NCBI RefSeq assembly: GCF_003334305.1
Contig: NZ_QOWS01000018.1
Origin: Escherichia coli
Lineage (GTDB): Bacteria > Pseudomonadota > Gammaproteobacteria > Enterobacterales > Enterobacteriaceae
Length of the DNA stretch: 64,000 bases
Direction: 5' to 3' (one strand)
Shown: positions 48,422-57,606 of the stretch, one piece after another
How positions within the stretch are numbered: the stretch's first letter is position 1
Layout: each line of letters begins with the position of its first letter
Position numbers and translations under genes: made by a program
The notes under the pieces: model-generated
Seen by the model: the letters and a program-made list of their open reading frames with translations, nothing else
Database searches by the model: none
Told to the model about the DNA's origin: nothing

Positions 48422-48446
48422 TTTGCATCAAACCTTGCCTGTTTTT
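48413..48446 (+). terminator. Rho-independent terminator downstream of yccE
   Basis: Stem CAGGCA (48413-48418) / TGCCTG (48436-48441) followed by a T5 run. Confidence 0.6.
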
Positions 48447-48560
48447 AAAGATGTATATAGAAAACAGGCGTTCAGCAAGCCATTTTGCGAACCTGTTCCC
48501 GGAAAAATGTCATATTTCTGTCACACTCTTTAGTGATTGATAACAAAAGAGGTGCCATGA

Positions 48561-49802
48561 ATGAACAAAACGCTAATCGCCACAACTGTGGCAGGGATAG
48601 TTTTACTCGCTTCAAATGCTCAGGCACAAACCGTACCGGAAGGCTATCAGCTACAGCAAGTGCTCATGATGAGCCGCCATAACTTACGTGCGCCGCTGGC
48701 GAACAATGGCAGTGTGCTGGAGCAGTCGACGCCGAATAAATGGCCCGAATGGGACGTCCCCGGTGGGCAACTCACCACCAAAGGTGGCGTGCTCGAAGTG
48801 TATATGGGTCATTACATGCGTGAATGGCTGGCAGAGCAGGGGATGGTGAAATCGGGGGAATGCCCGCCGCCAGACACCGTTTATGCCTATGCCAATAGTC
48901 TGCAACGTACCGTTGCGACCGCACAGTTCTTTATTACCGGCGCATTCCCGGGGTGTGATATTCCTGTGCATCACCAGGAAAAAATGGGCACTATGGACCC
49001 AACCTTTAACCCGGTGATCACCGATGATTCCGCCGCATTCAGTGAACAGGCGGTGGCGGCAATGGAGAAAGAGCTCAGCAAACTCCAGCTTACCGACAGC
49101 TACCAGCTACTGGAAAAAATCGTTAACTATAAAGATTCCCCTGCCTGTAAAGAGAAACAACAGTGTTCGCTGGTGGATGGCAAAAATACCTTTAGCGCCA
49201 AGTATCAACAAGAACCAGGTGTTTCCGGGCCGCTGAAAGTCGGCAACTCGCTGGTAGATGCGTTTACTTTGCAATATTACGAAGGTTTTCCGATGGATCA
49301 GGTGGCCTGGGGAGAAATCAAATCTGACCAGCAGTGGAAGGTGTTGTCGAAGCTTAAAAACGGCTACCAGGACAGCCTGTTTACCTCACCGGAAGTGGCG
49401 CGCAATGTTGCGAAACCGCTGGTCAGTTATATCGACAAAGCTCTGGTCACCGATCGCACCAGCGCACCGAAAATTACAGTGTTGGTTGGGCACGACTCCA
49501 ACATTGCCTCTCTGTTAACGGCGCTGGATTTCAAACCGTATCAGTTGCATGACCAGAACGAACGCACGCCGATTGGCGGCAAAATCGTTTTCCAGCGTTG
49601 GCATGACAGCAAAGCCAATCGCGATTTGATGAAAATTGAATATGTGTATCAGAGTGCGGAACAGTTACGTAATGCCGATGCGTTAACCCTGCAGGCACCT
49701 GCTCAGCGTGTGACGCTGGAATTAAGCGGTTGCCCGATAGATGCCAACGGTTTCTGCCCGATGGATAAATTTGATAGCGTGTTGAATGAAGCGGTGAAAT
49801 AA
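48561..49802 (+). CDS. agp: Periplasmic glucose-1-phosphatase
   Basis: 413-aa [22 protein letters not shown] signal peptide and the histidine acid phosphatase motif SRHNLRAPL. Confidence 0.95.
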   Translation: MNKTLIATTVAGIVLLASNAQAQTVPEGYQLQQVLMMSRHNLRAPLANNGSVLEQSTPNKWPEWDVPGGQLTTKGGVLEVYMGHYMREWLAEQGMVKSGECPPPDTVYAYANSLQRTVATAQFFITGAFPGCDIPVHHQEKMGTMDPTFNPVITDDSAAFSEQAVAAMEKELSKLQLTDSYQLLEKIVNYKDSPACKEKQQCSLVDGKNTFSAKYQQEPGVSGPLKVGNSLVDAFTLQYYEGFPMDQVAWGEIKSDQQWKVLSKLKNGYQDSLFTSPEVARNVAKPLVSYIDKALVTDRTSAPKITVLVGHDSNIASLLTALDFKPYQLHDQNERTPIGGKIVFQRWHDSKANRDLMKIEYVYQSAEQLRNADALTLQAPAQRVTLELSGCPIDANGFCPMDKFDSVLNEAVK

Positions 49803-49809
49803 CAGAAAA

Positions 49810-49832
49810 CTCCCCCGCGAGAAGCGGGGGAG
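49810..49832. terminator. Bidirectional terminator between agp and yccJ
   Basis: 9-bp stem CTCCCCCGC / GCGGGGGAG with loop GAGAA, between convergent genes. Confidence 0.8.
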
Positions 49833-49839
49833 TCGCTGG

Positions 49840-50067
49840 TTAAACGTTTTTACGTTCGATGGTCTGTTCGCCCCAAAAAAGCGAATCTTTATCGGTCTTA
49901 GCAAAGGCTTTGACTAACACTTCATCGCTACCTTCTTCCCAAATCTTTTCCGCCATTTTTTCGTCGTACCCGGCGACTTCGAAAATGGCCTCGGCTATTT
50001 CCGGCGACGTATTGCGCAGAGATGCCCATTCACCGACGTGATGAGCTTTCGCTTCTTGAGTTGGCAT
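49840..50067 (-). CDS. yccJ: Small protein YccJ
   Basis: 75-aa [49 protein letters not shown], recognised as YccJ. Confidence 0.93.
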
Positions 50068-50087
50068 GCGTATCCTCCTGTTGAAGA

Positions 50088-50693
50088 TTAGCCGTTAAGT
50101 TTAACTGCCAGACCTGCGACATATTCCCCTTGATAACGAGCAATAGACAGTTCTTCCTGGCTTGGCTGGCGTGAGCCGTCACCGCCTGCGATGGTTGTTG
50201 CGCCGTACGGCGTACCGCCGCGAACCTGTGAAACGTCAAATAATTCCTGCGCTGCGTAGCCAATGGGGACAATTACCATGCCGTGATGCGCAAGGGTCGT
50301 CCAGGTTGAAGTAATAGTTTGTTCCTGACCGCCGCCAGTACCGGTGGAACTAAAGACGCTCGCCAGTTTTCCGTATAGTGCGCCGGAAGCCCACAGGCCG
50401 CCCGTCTGGTCGAGGAAGGTACGCATTTGACCGGACATGTTGCCAAAGCGGGTAGGTGTACCAAAAATAATGGCGTCGTAATCGGCCAGTTCTTGCGGGG
50501 TTGCAACCGGTGCAGTTTGCGTTTTACCGCCTGCTTTTTCAAATAATTGCGGCGGCATGGTTTCCGGTACACGCTTAACGACAACTTCTGCGCCATCCAC
50601 TTTGCTTGCACCCTCAGCGACTGCGCGTGCCATCGTTTCAATATGTCCGTACATGGAATAATAAAGCACTAGTATTCTTGCCTTAACACTCAT
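50088..50693 (-). CDS. wrbA: NAD(P)H:quinone oxidoreductase WrbA with an element-encoded substitute N-terminus
   Basis: The 201-aa ORF is identical in pattern to recalled WrbA from [21 protein letters not shown] onward. It begins MSVKARI instead of the K-12 MAKV. Those first codons and the GGAG RBS lie inside the inserted element (50670-50705). Confidence 0.9.
50663..50669. repeat. attL junction core (AAAGCAC)
   Basis: This is the last bases matching the wrbA sequence as recalled (GTGCTTT on the gene strand). The sequence diverges from 50670. Confidence 0.75.
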
Positions 50694-50744
50694 ATCATTG
50701 TTCTCCTGTTCAATGAACCACTTAGATAAGCATAGTCCGAAGAT

Positions 50745-52388
50745 ATGAAGCTGCTAGTGACATACATCAGGTGGAGTACTAAAGAGCAAGACTCAGGAGA
50801 CTCCTTAAGACGACAAACAAACCTCATTGATGCTTTCTACTCTAAGCACAAAAACGATTATTACCTTCTTCCTGCTCACAGATACGTTGATAAGGGTAAA
50901 TCTGGTTTTCACCAGCAACATAAGAATCAAGGTTCTGACTTCAGACGTATGTTTGAAAATGTTATGTCTGGGGCTATTCCAGAAGGTTCCCTGATTGTTG
51001 TAGAGAACTTTGACCGCTTCAGTAGGGCTGATATCGACACAGCTATAGATGATGTCAGGCAGATACTGAGGAAGGGAGTCTCTATACTGACTCTGGGAGA
51101 TGGTGAACTCTACGACAAGTCAGCATTAACAGACCCTGTGAAGCTGATTAAGCACATCATCATAGCTGAGCGAGCACATCAGGAATCTCTTGTTAAACAA
51201 AAGCGTATAGCTCAGGTCTGGAACCATAAAACACAGCTTGCAAGAGAACTTAAGAAGCCTATGGGTAAGCAAGCCCCCGGATGGTTAGAGCTATCAGAAG
51301 ACGGTTCACACTACATCGTTGATGAAGATAAAGCGTCACTGGTGAATATCATCTATGACAAGCGTCTTTCTGGTATGTCGATGTTTGCTATCTGCAAATG
51401 GCTAAACGAACAAGGTTACCCGACCATTAATCAGCGTAAGGTCAGAATATCCAAGACTAAGAAACCGGATGGTAACTGGTCAGCTTTAAGCGTTAAACAC
51501 ATCCTGACTTCACGAAGTGTATTAGGTTACCTTCCCGCTAAGATTTCTACAGAAGACCGTAAAACAGTGTTACGTGAAGAAATTGAAGGGTTCTATCCTC
51601 AGATTGTCACAGATTCTAAGTTTTACGCTGTACAGCAACTGTTAGAGGAAACAGGGAAGGGGAAAACATCCAGCGGTGACCACTGGTTATACGTGAACAT
51701 ACTGAAGGGGCTTATCCGTTGTAAGTGTGGGCTTGTAATGACTCCTACAGGGATACGTAAACCCGTTTATCAAGGTACTTACCGTTGCAATGGTAATAAG
51801 GAGTCCCGTTGTAGCTACGGTACAGTGTCCAGAAAGTTACTTGATACACAGCTTTGTAGTCGTCTGTTTAGCAAACTGTCACAGCTACACGATGAAGCTA
51901 CCGATACAGCTAAATTAGATGAACTACAAAGAAGATTAAACACCGTTGATGGTGAACTGGAAAAACTCACTGAGACGCTGATACAGCTTCCTAACATCAC
52001 TCAGATTCAAGAAGCACTACGGGTTAAACAGGAAGAAAAAGATGAACTGATAGTTCAGTTATCACGAGAAAAGGCGAGGGTAAAATCTGTATCAAGCTTG
52101 GATTTAAGCGGTCTTGATATGGAGTCTGTAGAGGGGAGAACTGAAGCCCAGATTATCATTAAGCGTCTGGTGAAAGAGATTGTTGTTTCTGGTAATGAAA
52201 AGCTGGTGGATATATATCTTCACAATGGAAATATGATTCGTGGTTTCCCTCTTGATGGTAAAGATGACCACACCTTAACGCTTGAAGAAGCAACCGATGA
52301 GATGCAGTCACTAGATGATATGCTTATTTTTGGTGAACCAGTAACAAGGATTTATCCTGCTGGTGATATGGAAGAGGTGGACGCTTAG
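50745..52388 (+). CDS. Large serine recombinase (integrase)
   Basis: 547 aa. N-terminal catalytic domain with YIRWSTKEQ (Ser nucleophile) and [11 protein letters not shown] recombinase domain, Cys-rich zinc-ribbon-like segment (CKCG...[14 protein letters not shown]) and a coiled-coil-like C-terminal region ([22 protein letters not shown]) follow. Confidence 0.88.
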   Translation: MKLLVTYIRWSTKEQDSGDSLRRQTNLIDAFYSKHKNDYYLLPAHRYVDKGKSGFHQQHKNQGSDFRRMFENVMSGAIPEGSLIVVENFDRFSRADIDTAIDDVRQILRKGVSILTLGDGELYDKSALTDPVKLIKHIIIAERAHQESLVKQKRIAQVWNHKTQLARELKKPMGKQAPGWLELSEDGSHYIVDEDKASLVNIIYDKRLSGMSMFAICKWLNEQGYPTINQRKVRISKTKKPDGNWSALSVKHILTSRSVLGYLPAKISTEDRKTVLREEIEGFYPQIVTDSKFYAVQQLLEETGKGKTSSGDHWLYVNILKGLIRCKCGLVMTPTGIRKPVYQGTYRCNGNKESRCSYGTVSRKLLDTQLCSRLFSKLSQLHDEATDTAKLDELQRRLNTVDGELEKLTETLIQLPNITQIQEALRVKQEEKDELIVQLSREKARVKSVSSLDLSGLDMESVEGRTEAQIIIKRLVKEIVVSGNEKLVDIYLHNGNMIRGFPLDGKDDHTLTLEEATDEMQSLDDMLIFGEPVTRIYPAGDMEEVDA

Positions 52389-53173
52389 TATTTTTTATTA
52401 GGGTTCACTGAGTACTTTTTAAGCTTTGAAGCTACTCGACCAGCGTTACTATTAGCATTGGTGACGTTGGTTTTTTCAGCTTCTGTTAAGTCTGAATAGT
52501 CCAGCTTCCAAGCCTTATTACACTTAATCTGAGCATCGAGAATATCATTTCTGATAGCTGGAGCGTAACCGGATACATCGCTAATACTCATTAGCTCTTT
52601 GCACGATAGCATAGGCGCGTTATTGCGTTCAGTGGTCACGTTACCTGCATTCTTCTTACTGGTCACACCACCATCATTCGTAGTCGCGGCTTTTCCAGTT
52701 GCAGCCGAGATATCAGTCTGCCCCACAACAGCTTTGAAGTTAATTTCCTGAAAAGTTAGTTGGATTCTTAATCCGTTTGAAATTCCAACATCTTTAGAGG
52801 CTTTAAAACTTGTGATAATGGAATCATCAATTTTAATTCCGTCTTTACAGATGACAGAAATAATCTGCTTCTGGTCACGCCAGTTTTCCAGAGTGTCAAT
52901 GAAGTTCTCTACTAATTGACCCTGACGAGTTAATAGTAAGCTTCCTTCATAACCAACTACAACGACACCACTGATAGTGATTGTTCTGGGTGCTCTTTGA
53001 ACATTATCTGTGACGGTTTGCCCTGATTGCATGTTCTGTGTAGTCACCTGCATAGGGCTATCAAATTCCATATTTTCAGTTGCTGATAAGGTTAAGAAGG
53101 CATCTACATTATCTCTTAAGTGGAAGTAAACGCCATCTTTGCCACTGTAGCGGATTTGATTGCTAAAAATCAT
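52385..53173 (-). CDS. Putative distal-tail/baseplate (Dit-like) protein
   Basis: Start set at ATG 53173, with AAGGAG six nt upstream, rather than the track's TTG at 53194. It lies immediately downstream of the tape-measure gene. The segment [34 protein letters not shown] resembles, from memory, the N-terminal pattern of Dit-like tail proteins. Not verified. Confidence 0.45.
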   Translation of the reverse strand: MIFSNQIRYSGKDGVYFHLRDNVDAFLTLSATENMEFDSPMQVTTQNMQSGQTVTDNVQRAPRTITISGVVVVGYEGSLLLTRQGQLVENFIDTLENWRDQKQIISVICKDGIKIDDSIITSFKASKDVGISNGLRIQLTFQEINFKAVVGQTDISAATGKAATTNDGGVTSKKNAGNVTTERNNAPMLSCKELMSISDVSGYAPAIRNDILDAQIKCNKAWKLDYSDLTEAEKTNVTNANSNAGRVASKLKKYSVNPNKKY

Positions 53174-53190
53174 TAAATTCTCCTTTGATT

Positions 53191-53234
53191 TCAAAGGCTT
53201 AGTGTATTTTAATCATTTTTAACCAAGCCTTTGA
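53191..53234 (-). promoter_or_regulatory. 5'-leader hairpin preceding the Dit-like gene RBS
   Basis: Perfect 10-bp inverted repeat TCAAAGGCTT (53191-53200) / AAGCCTTTGA (53225-53234) with a 24-nt loop, between repeat cassette R1 and the RBS. Confidence 0.5.
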
Positions 53235-53253
53235 TATATAAGTATTTTCTCTG

Positions 53254-53323
53254 TTAAGCGTGAGCTACGTAAATTCTATTTTTCAGTGCGGGTATTAACT
53301 TTGCTTTATTCACGTAGAACACC
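53254..53323 (-). promoter_or_regulatory. Repeat cassette R1 (promoter-like) upstream of the Dit-like gene
   Basis: 70 bp, about 88% identical by eye to 55517-55586. On the gene strand it carries TAGAAT (complement of 53273-53278) with no good -35, plus CTACGTGAA and TACGTA boxes. Confidence 0.55.
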
Positions 53324-53329
53324 GTTAAA

Positions 53330-55498
53330 TCAATCATCTTCTGGGAATGATGAACTTAATAACGTAGCTTCTGCATATTGGTCGTAGATATTACTGCTAA
53401 AGGTCATAAAGCTGGTTTCATCTGGTTTAATGGCAACTTCACCACCAAGTGAAACTTTCACAGGCTCCTGAATACGCTTACTTAAAGCAGAGATTTCATC
53501 CCTCAGACCCTGAATATCTGCACTCGTTAATGCTGAATCTTGCTTAATGTTGTTTAATTCTGGATGATTGAATCTTGCAATATTCATTGTGGCATTGTTA
53601 AACAATTCACCCATTGAACTAAAAATTCTACTCCATCCTTCGTTAATCACATTCGGTTTATTAGGGTCACCAGAATACACAGGATTAAAGTCACTACCCA
53701 CACCTACCCCAGATGGATGCATATTAGCGTTTTTGACTACTTCCTGATTCATAAAATCCAGTGCTTTCTTCAATGCATATAAACCAAGAGTGACACCTCT
53801 GATTTGTGGAATCATTGAAGCTAATGCTAACGCTGTTTCATAACCGTCATCAGCATAACCAATTGCAAGAGCACTACCTACACCACCAGCTACACCTTTC
53901 AGTTTTCCACCACCTTTACCAGTAGCTACCTGACCAGCCACCTGATTAGCTCTTGTACCTAACGTTGTGATTGCTCTTGTCAGGTTCATAACCCCTGTAG
54001 TAGCACTGAATAGTGTCTTTGCAGATAACGCTATAGCAAGACCTTTGACGAAGTTGATAAATCCATCACCGACTTCATCAAGTAGCTTTCGCTTAGTGTC
54101 ATCAAGGCTGTAATAGGTCTTCTTAATCTGTAGAATCCAGCCTTCAAGGTGATTGTTAAAGATACGGATGTCATCTACACCAGCTTTAAGCATGTCGATA
54201 AGTCCACCGATAGCATCACCAGCGATAGAAGAACTCATACCCATTTCACTAAGCAGGTTACTCAGGCTGGATAAGAAGCCATTTAGCTCATCCTGTGAAC
54301 CTGAGAAGATTTTCACCATCGTATCATCCCAGTTGTTAGCCAGTTTCCCTAAAGCTGTCTGAGTGCTCTTAGCGACTTCAGCCCAGCCACCCGCTTTATC
54401 AATCATCAAGCCCATCTGTTTAGCGACTTTAGGGAGAGTATCACTACTTAAAATCTTCCCGTCTTTCATCGCTTTATCAAGCTCTGTAGCAGTCATACCC
54501 AGTGCTTCAGCGAATAGCTTAAATGCACCAGCCATACGGTCACCTAACTGACCACGAAGCTCTTCAGCCTGAATCTTGCCCTTGCTCGCCATCTGCTCAA
54601 ATGCTTTCAAAATGCCGTTTAGCTCATCGTTAGAAAGCCCCATTAAGCGACTCATAGCCGTTGCATTACCAAATAGCTCCTGTGTCTGTTCCTGTGACAT
54701 AGAACCCTGAGCACCTGCTGCAAACTTAGCGTAGCTTGATAGCCCTTCAGAGATATTAAGACCTGTCTTGTCTGCTAAATTTCGAATAAATACCTCAGCT
54801 TCAGATGCTTTATCACCAAGTACAAACTTAGCGGCTCTCTGTGCGGAATCTCGTTTAAGACCTGCATTCATGATGGCCTTGTAAGCGTTAAGAGCACCCA
54901 TCACAGAGTAAAATGCACCAGATAACTTGATTGCATTGCTTGCAAGATTATTAAATGCGTCGCTTGTATTGTTAATGCTGGTGGATGTATGACCTTTAGC
55001 TTTAGCAATTGCTTCTCTGACTGAAGCATTTAACTGAGTCAGCTTCTCATTGAATTTTGAAGAATCCATTGACCCAGCTTTAGCAGATAGCCCGTAAAAC
55101 TGAGATTTGATGTATTTCTGCAAAATAGGGTCAAAGCCTTTTAGCTTAGACATATTAGCTGAGTAAGCCGCTGTGATTGCTCTGTTGCCGCTAATTCGTG
55201 GCTGTCTTGGTTGTCTAAGTGGCTTTAAAGTGTCATCAATTTCCGTTTTAATCTTAAACGCTCTAGTGTTTTTAAGACGCTGCTCAATCTTGGAAACAGT
55301 TTTATCGACATTCTTTTCCATTAGTTTGAGAGAATCATTTAAAGGCGTAGGGTTAACTCTGAATGCCTTATTTAGTCGTTTCTCAATTCTTGATGCGATT
55401 TGCATCGTTTGTTTCTCGGCTTTTTCCAAGCCTTTTAAAACTTTCTGAGAGCTAAAACTTAGCTCAATCAAAAAATCATCAACTTTAAATTGTGCCAT
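53330..55498 (-). CDS. Phage tail tape-measure protein
   Basis: 722 aa, Ala/Gly/Leu-rich and predicted largely helical. The segment LNGILKAFEQMASKGKIQAEELRGQLGDRMAGAFKLFAEALGMTATELDKAMKDGKILSSDTL matches the conserved tape-measure core domain as I recall it (TIGR02675-type). A Gly-rich tract GKGGGKLKGVAGGVG follows. RBS is AAGAGGTG. Confidence 0.85.
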   Translation of the reverse strand: MAQFKVDDFLIELSFSSQKVLKGLEKAEKQTMQIASRIEKRLNKAFRVNPTPLNDSLKLMEKNVDKTVSKIEQRLKNTRAFKIKTEIDDTLKPLRQPRQPRISGNRAITAAYSANMSKLKGFDPILQKYIKSQFYGLSAKAGSMDSSKFNEKLTQLNASVREAIAKAKGHTSTSINNTSDAFNNLASNAIKLSGAFYSVMGALNAYKAIMNAGLKRDSAQRAAKFVLGDKASEAEVFIRNLADKTGLNISEGLSSYAKFAAGAQGSMSQEQTQELFGNATAMSRLMGLSNDELNGILKAFEQMASKGKIQAEELRGQLGDRMAGAFKLFAEALGMTATELDKAMKDGKILSSDTLPKVAKQMGLMIDKAGGWAEVAKSTQTALGKLANNWDDTMVKIFSGSQDELNGFLSSLSNLLSEMGMSSSIAGDAIGGLIDMLKAGVDDIRIFNNHLEGWILQIKKTYYSLDDTKRKLLDEVGDGFINFVKGLAIALSAKTLFSATTGVMNLTRAITTLGTRANQVAGQVATGKGGGKLKGVAGGVGSALAIGYADDGYETALALASMIPQIRGVTLGLYALKKALDFMNQEVVKNANMHPSGVGVGSDFNPVYSGDPNKPNVINEGWSRIFSSMGELFNNATMNIARFNHPELNNIKQDSALTSADIQGLRDEISALSKRIQEPVKVSLGGEVAIKPDETSFMTFSSNIYDQYAEATLLSSSFPEDD

Positions 55499-55516
55499 TG
55501 TTCATATTTCACCTCT

Positions 55517-55586
55517 TTAAGCGTGAGCTACGTAAATTCTATTTTTCAGTGTGGGTATTAGCTTTACAGATTTCACGTAGCACACA
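55517..55586 (-). promoter_or_regulatory. Repeat cassette R2 (promoter-like) upstream of the tape-measure gene
   Basis: Second copy of the 70-bp cassette. TAGAAT (complement of 55536-55541) lies about 38 nt upstream of the TMP ATG, directly downstream of a terminator. Confidence 0.55.
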
Positions 55587-55616
55587 TAGGATTCGATAGA
55601 AGACTATCTCATATAC

Positions 55617-55656
55617 AAAAAAGGAGAGTTACCGATGTCACTCGATAATCTCTCCC
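55617..55656 (-). terminator. Rho-independent terminator ending the 236-aa/71-aa transcription unit
   Basis: On the minus strand, GGGAGAGATTA...TAACTCTCC forms a hairpin (stems at 55650-55655 and 55623-55628) followed by a T6 run (55622-55617). Confidence 0.7.
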
Positions 55657-55699
55657 GTAGATTTTTACCCAACCAATTCTATTAGAAGCTAATCTCAAA

Positions 55700-55915
55700 T
55701 TAATGGTAAACGTAAGAATACATCCCATCATCACCTAAAATCTGTGCGTCACATGGTAATTTATCTAAGCACCATGAAGGAATCTTACGTACCTTTGGTT
55801 TATGTGAGGTGATAACTTGATGCTGATTTTTAATTCGTAGCTTTGGTTTAGTCTGAAGCTTTAAGTTCTCACAAACAGACTTAATAAGTTCATAGCGTTC
55901 TGTTAAATCAATCAT
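55700..55915 (-). CDS. Hypothetical protein (71 aa)
   Basis: ORF MIDLTERYELIKSVCENLKLQTKPKLRIKNQHQ... with RBS AAGAGGTGG. No family recognised. Confidence 0.6.
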   Translation of the reverse strand: MIDLTERYELIKSVCENLKLQTKPKLRIKNQHQVITSHKPKVRKIPSWCLDKLPCDAQILGDDGMYSYVYH

Positions 55916-55938
55916 TCACCACCTCTTTTAATTCATAG

Positions 55939-56649
55939 TTAAAGTGCCTTGCTATATTTCTGAGAAATCTTCACTAACTGCTCAATATCAGCCTGCATAG
56001 CAATCTTCTTCTGCGTTTCATATGCAGAAATAAGCTCTTTCATAGCCTGAAGCTCTCTTGAGAGATACAACTTAACATTTTCAAGTTGCTTGTTACGTGA
56101 TGCCAAGATGTTCTGTCTGGCAAGTTCAGCGAGTTCTTCATCGCTCTTATTAGTCGTGTAAATAAACTGACCAGCACCCCTTGAAGCTTTAACCATCTTC
56201 ACAATTCGATATCCAGCAGGAAGACTACTAATCACGGCTGCGACGTTTTCTTGAAAAGTACCAAAACCATCATTGTCTTCGTATGTGAAGTAAACATACG
56301 GCTTCTGTGACAATTCATCCTGAATCTCAAATTCTGACGGCTCAATAGCTGATTGCATCAGGGTAACTTTACTGTAAGCATCATCTAGTTTAATACGCTG
56401 TGCTTTTAGCAGTGGGTAATATTCACGCTCAAGCTCAAGTAATGCTTCAGTTTTGCATACATCAGGCATCTCTTGAGGCTCAGGAGACACAAAGATGATT
56501 TCCTTTGGTGACATTCGGATTTCTTGCTCAAGCTTAATTCTTTCATCGTGTTCTTTACGCTGAATAGCGATAGCTGGATGTTCAGTCTGTGGCGACCAGT
56601 CACCGAAGCTATCAATCACTTTGCCATTAATGTAAATATCATTTGTCAT
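55939..56649 (-). CDS. Hypothetical protein (236 aa) with a coiled-coil-like C-terminus
   Basis: ORF MTNDIYINGKVIDSFGDWSPQTEHPAIAIQ... with RBS GAGGAA. The C-terminal 70 aa are heptad-rich (LENVKLYLSRELQAMKELISAYETQKKIAMQADIEQL). No family recognised. Confidence 0.7.
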   Translation of the reverse strand: MTNDIYINGKVIDSFGDWSPQTEHPAIAIQRKEHDERIKLEQEIRMSPKEIIFVSPEPQEMPDVCKTEALLELEREYYPLLKAQRIKLDDAYSKVTLMQSAIEPSEFEIQDELSQKPYVYFTYEDNDGFGTFQENVAAVISSLPAGYRIVKMVKASRGAGQFIYTTNKSDEELAELARQNILASRNKQLENVKLYLSRELQAMKELISAYETQKKIAMQADIEQLVKISQKYSKAL

Positions 56650-56679
56650 TGTTTTTTCCTCTTCTAAGCTAAAGTATTT

Positions 56680-56765
56680 CAGTTTTTAAAAAGCACACCT
56701 GACAGCCTATCTAAACTTAGAAGAGACTTAAAAGGCGGTTTGCCAAGTATGCTTTTTAAAAGCTG
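56680..56765 (-). promoter_or_regulatory. Long inverted repeat in the leader of the 236-aa gene
   Basis: Arms CAGTTTTTAAAAAGCACAC (56680-56698) and GTATGCTTTTTAAAAGCTG (56747-56765) are complementary at about 17 of 19 positions, separated by about 48 nt. Confidence 0.5.
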
Positions 56766-56801
56766 AAAAAGCCCTAGATAACTAAAACGCTATAAAGGGC
56801 T
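56765..56801 (-). terminator. Attenuator-like hairpin plus T-run inside the leader
   Basis: On the minus strand, AGCCCT (56801-56796), a 20-nt loop, AGGGCT (56775-56770), then TTTTT (56769-56765). Located about 115 nt upstream of the 236-aa gene start. Confidence 0.4.
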
Positions 56802-57008
56802 AAGGTGAAGAAATTAAAACATCTAAAGGATTCAATAACGAATGAACAAAGACTTTTCGAGATAGCCTCTCAGGTTGTATAAGAGGCCATGTAGCGAAAA
56901 GCATTGCACCTTTCAGAATGTTCGGTATAGAACATACCTCACCAACTCAGAATATCCATCCATCGGATTATTGAAATAAATAAGAGAGAAATTCTCTCTA
57001 TAATTAAA

Positions 57009-57037
57009 ATTATGTCATGCTTAAGGTTATTTGTCAA
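57009..57037 (-). promoter_or_regulatory. Sigma70-type promoter (minus strand)
   Basis: TTGACA (complement of 57032-57037), a 17-bp spacer, then CATAAT (complement of 57009-57014). Followed at about +3 by the palindrome AGAGAGAA-A-TTCTCTCT (56983-56999). Confidence 0.55.
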
Positions 57038-57062
57038 CAGCTTTTTAACAGATTGGTAACAT

Positions 57063-57128
57063 TTATACTTTAATAGATGCACCTGCAATCATACCAATCA
57101 ACACAAAACAGAGAATCACCAATTCCAT
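57063..57128 (-). CDS. Candidate 21-aa hydrophobic peptide
   Basis: Hand-translated: MELVILCFVLIGMIAGASIKV. Its ATG overlaps the TAA of the upstream gene (TAATG), suggesting translational coupling. Confidence 0.4.
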   Translation of the reverse strand: MELVILCFVLIGMIAGASIKV

Positions 57129-57451
57129 TAATGCACCACCTTCGAATCCGTAACCAGAATATTATCGCTGTACAAAATTGCTATAGCCGCCTTGAGATAT
57201 TTTTCAGGGCTAACGCTGTATTTGTTCGTTTGCTCGACAACCAATCTTTTCATGTTGCTGTCTTTAATTGGTAGCATCATTCGAGGCTCGTTAAACTCCA
57301 CCGACTGAATAAAGTCAGAGATGCTTTCCGCATTATCAGTCATTAACTCTAACAACTTATCAAAGTCAATGCTAACACCTACATCAGTGAAAGCCTGAAT
57401 CATCATGGCGGTGTCGGTATCAATAAAAATCTGTAATTCGTAATTGTTCAT
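57128..57451 (-). CDS. Hypothetical acidic protein (107 aa)
   Basis: Start set at ATG 57451 (MNNYELQIFIDTD) with AAGGAG upstream. The track's TTG start at 57484 is rejected. No family recognised. Confidence 0.65.
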   Translation of the reverse strand: MNNYELQIFIDTDTAMMIQAFTDVGVSIDFDKLLELMTDNAESISDFIQSVEFNEPRMMLPIKDSNMKRLVVEQTNKYSVSPEKYLKAAIAILYSDNILVTDSKVVH

Positions 57452-57606
57452 TTTTAAAATCTCCTTTTTACCAGACCTCCTCAATCGCTCTGTAACGAGC
57501 TAAACAGTCTTTTTCAGGGGTAGCCTGTACAGTGGTATTACCCACCCTAAAATAAGATAGTTTTTTGCGTCAGAATGCGATTGAGAGCGTCTGAGAAGCT
57601 GTTTTT

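Noticed and set aside
54153-55448. Plus-strand ORFs of 62-91 aa inside the tape-measure gene, and 57077-57274 inside the 107-aa gene
   Set aside because: They are antisense to longer ORFs that have recognisable motifs or good RBSs. There is no independent support.
55635-55685. 16-codon plus-strand ORF (MSLDNLSRRFLPNQFY) with an apparent AGGAG RBS
   Set aside because: The 'RBS' and the start of the ORF are the two arms of the minus-strand terminator hairpin (55617-55656). The terminator interpretation explains the sequence better.
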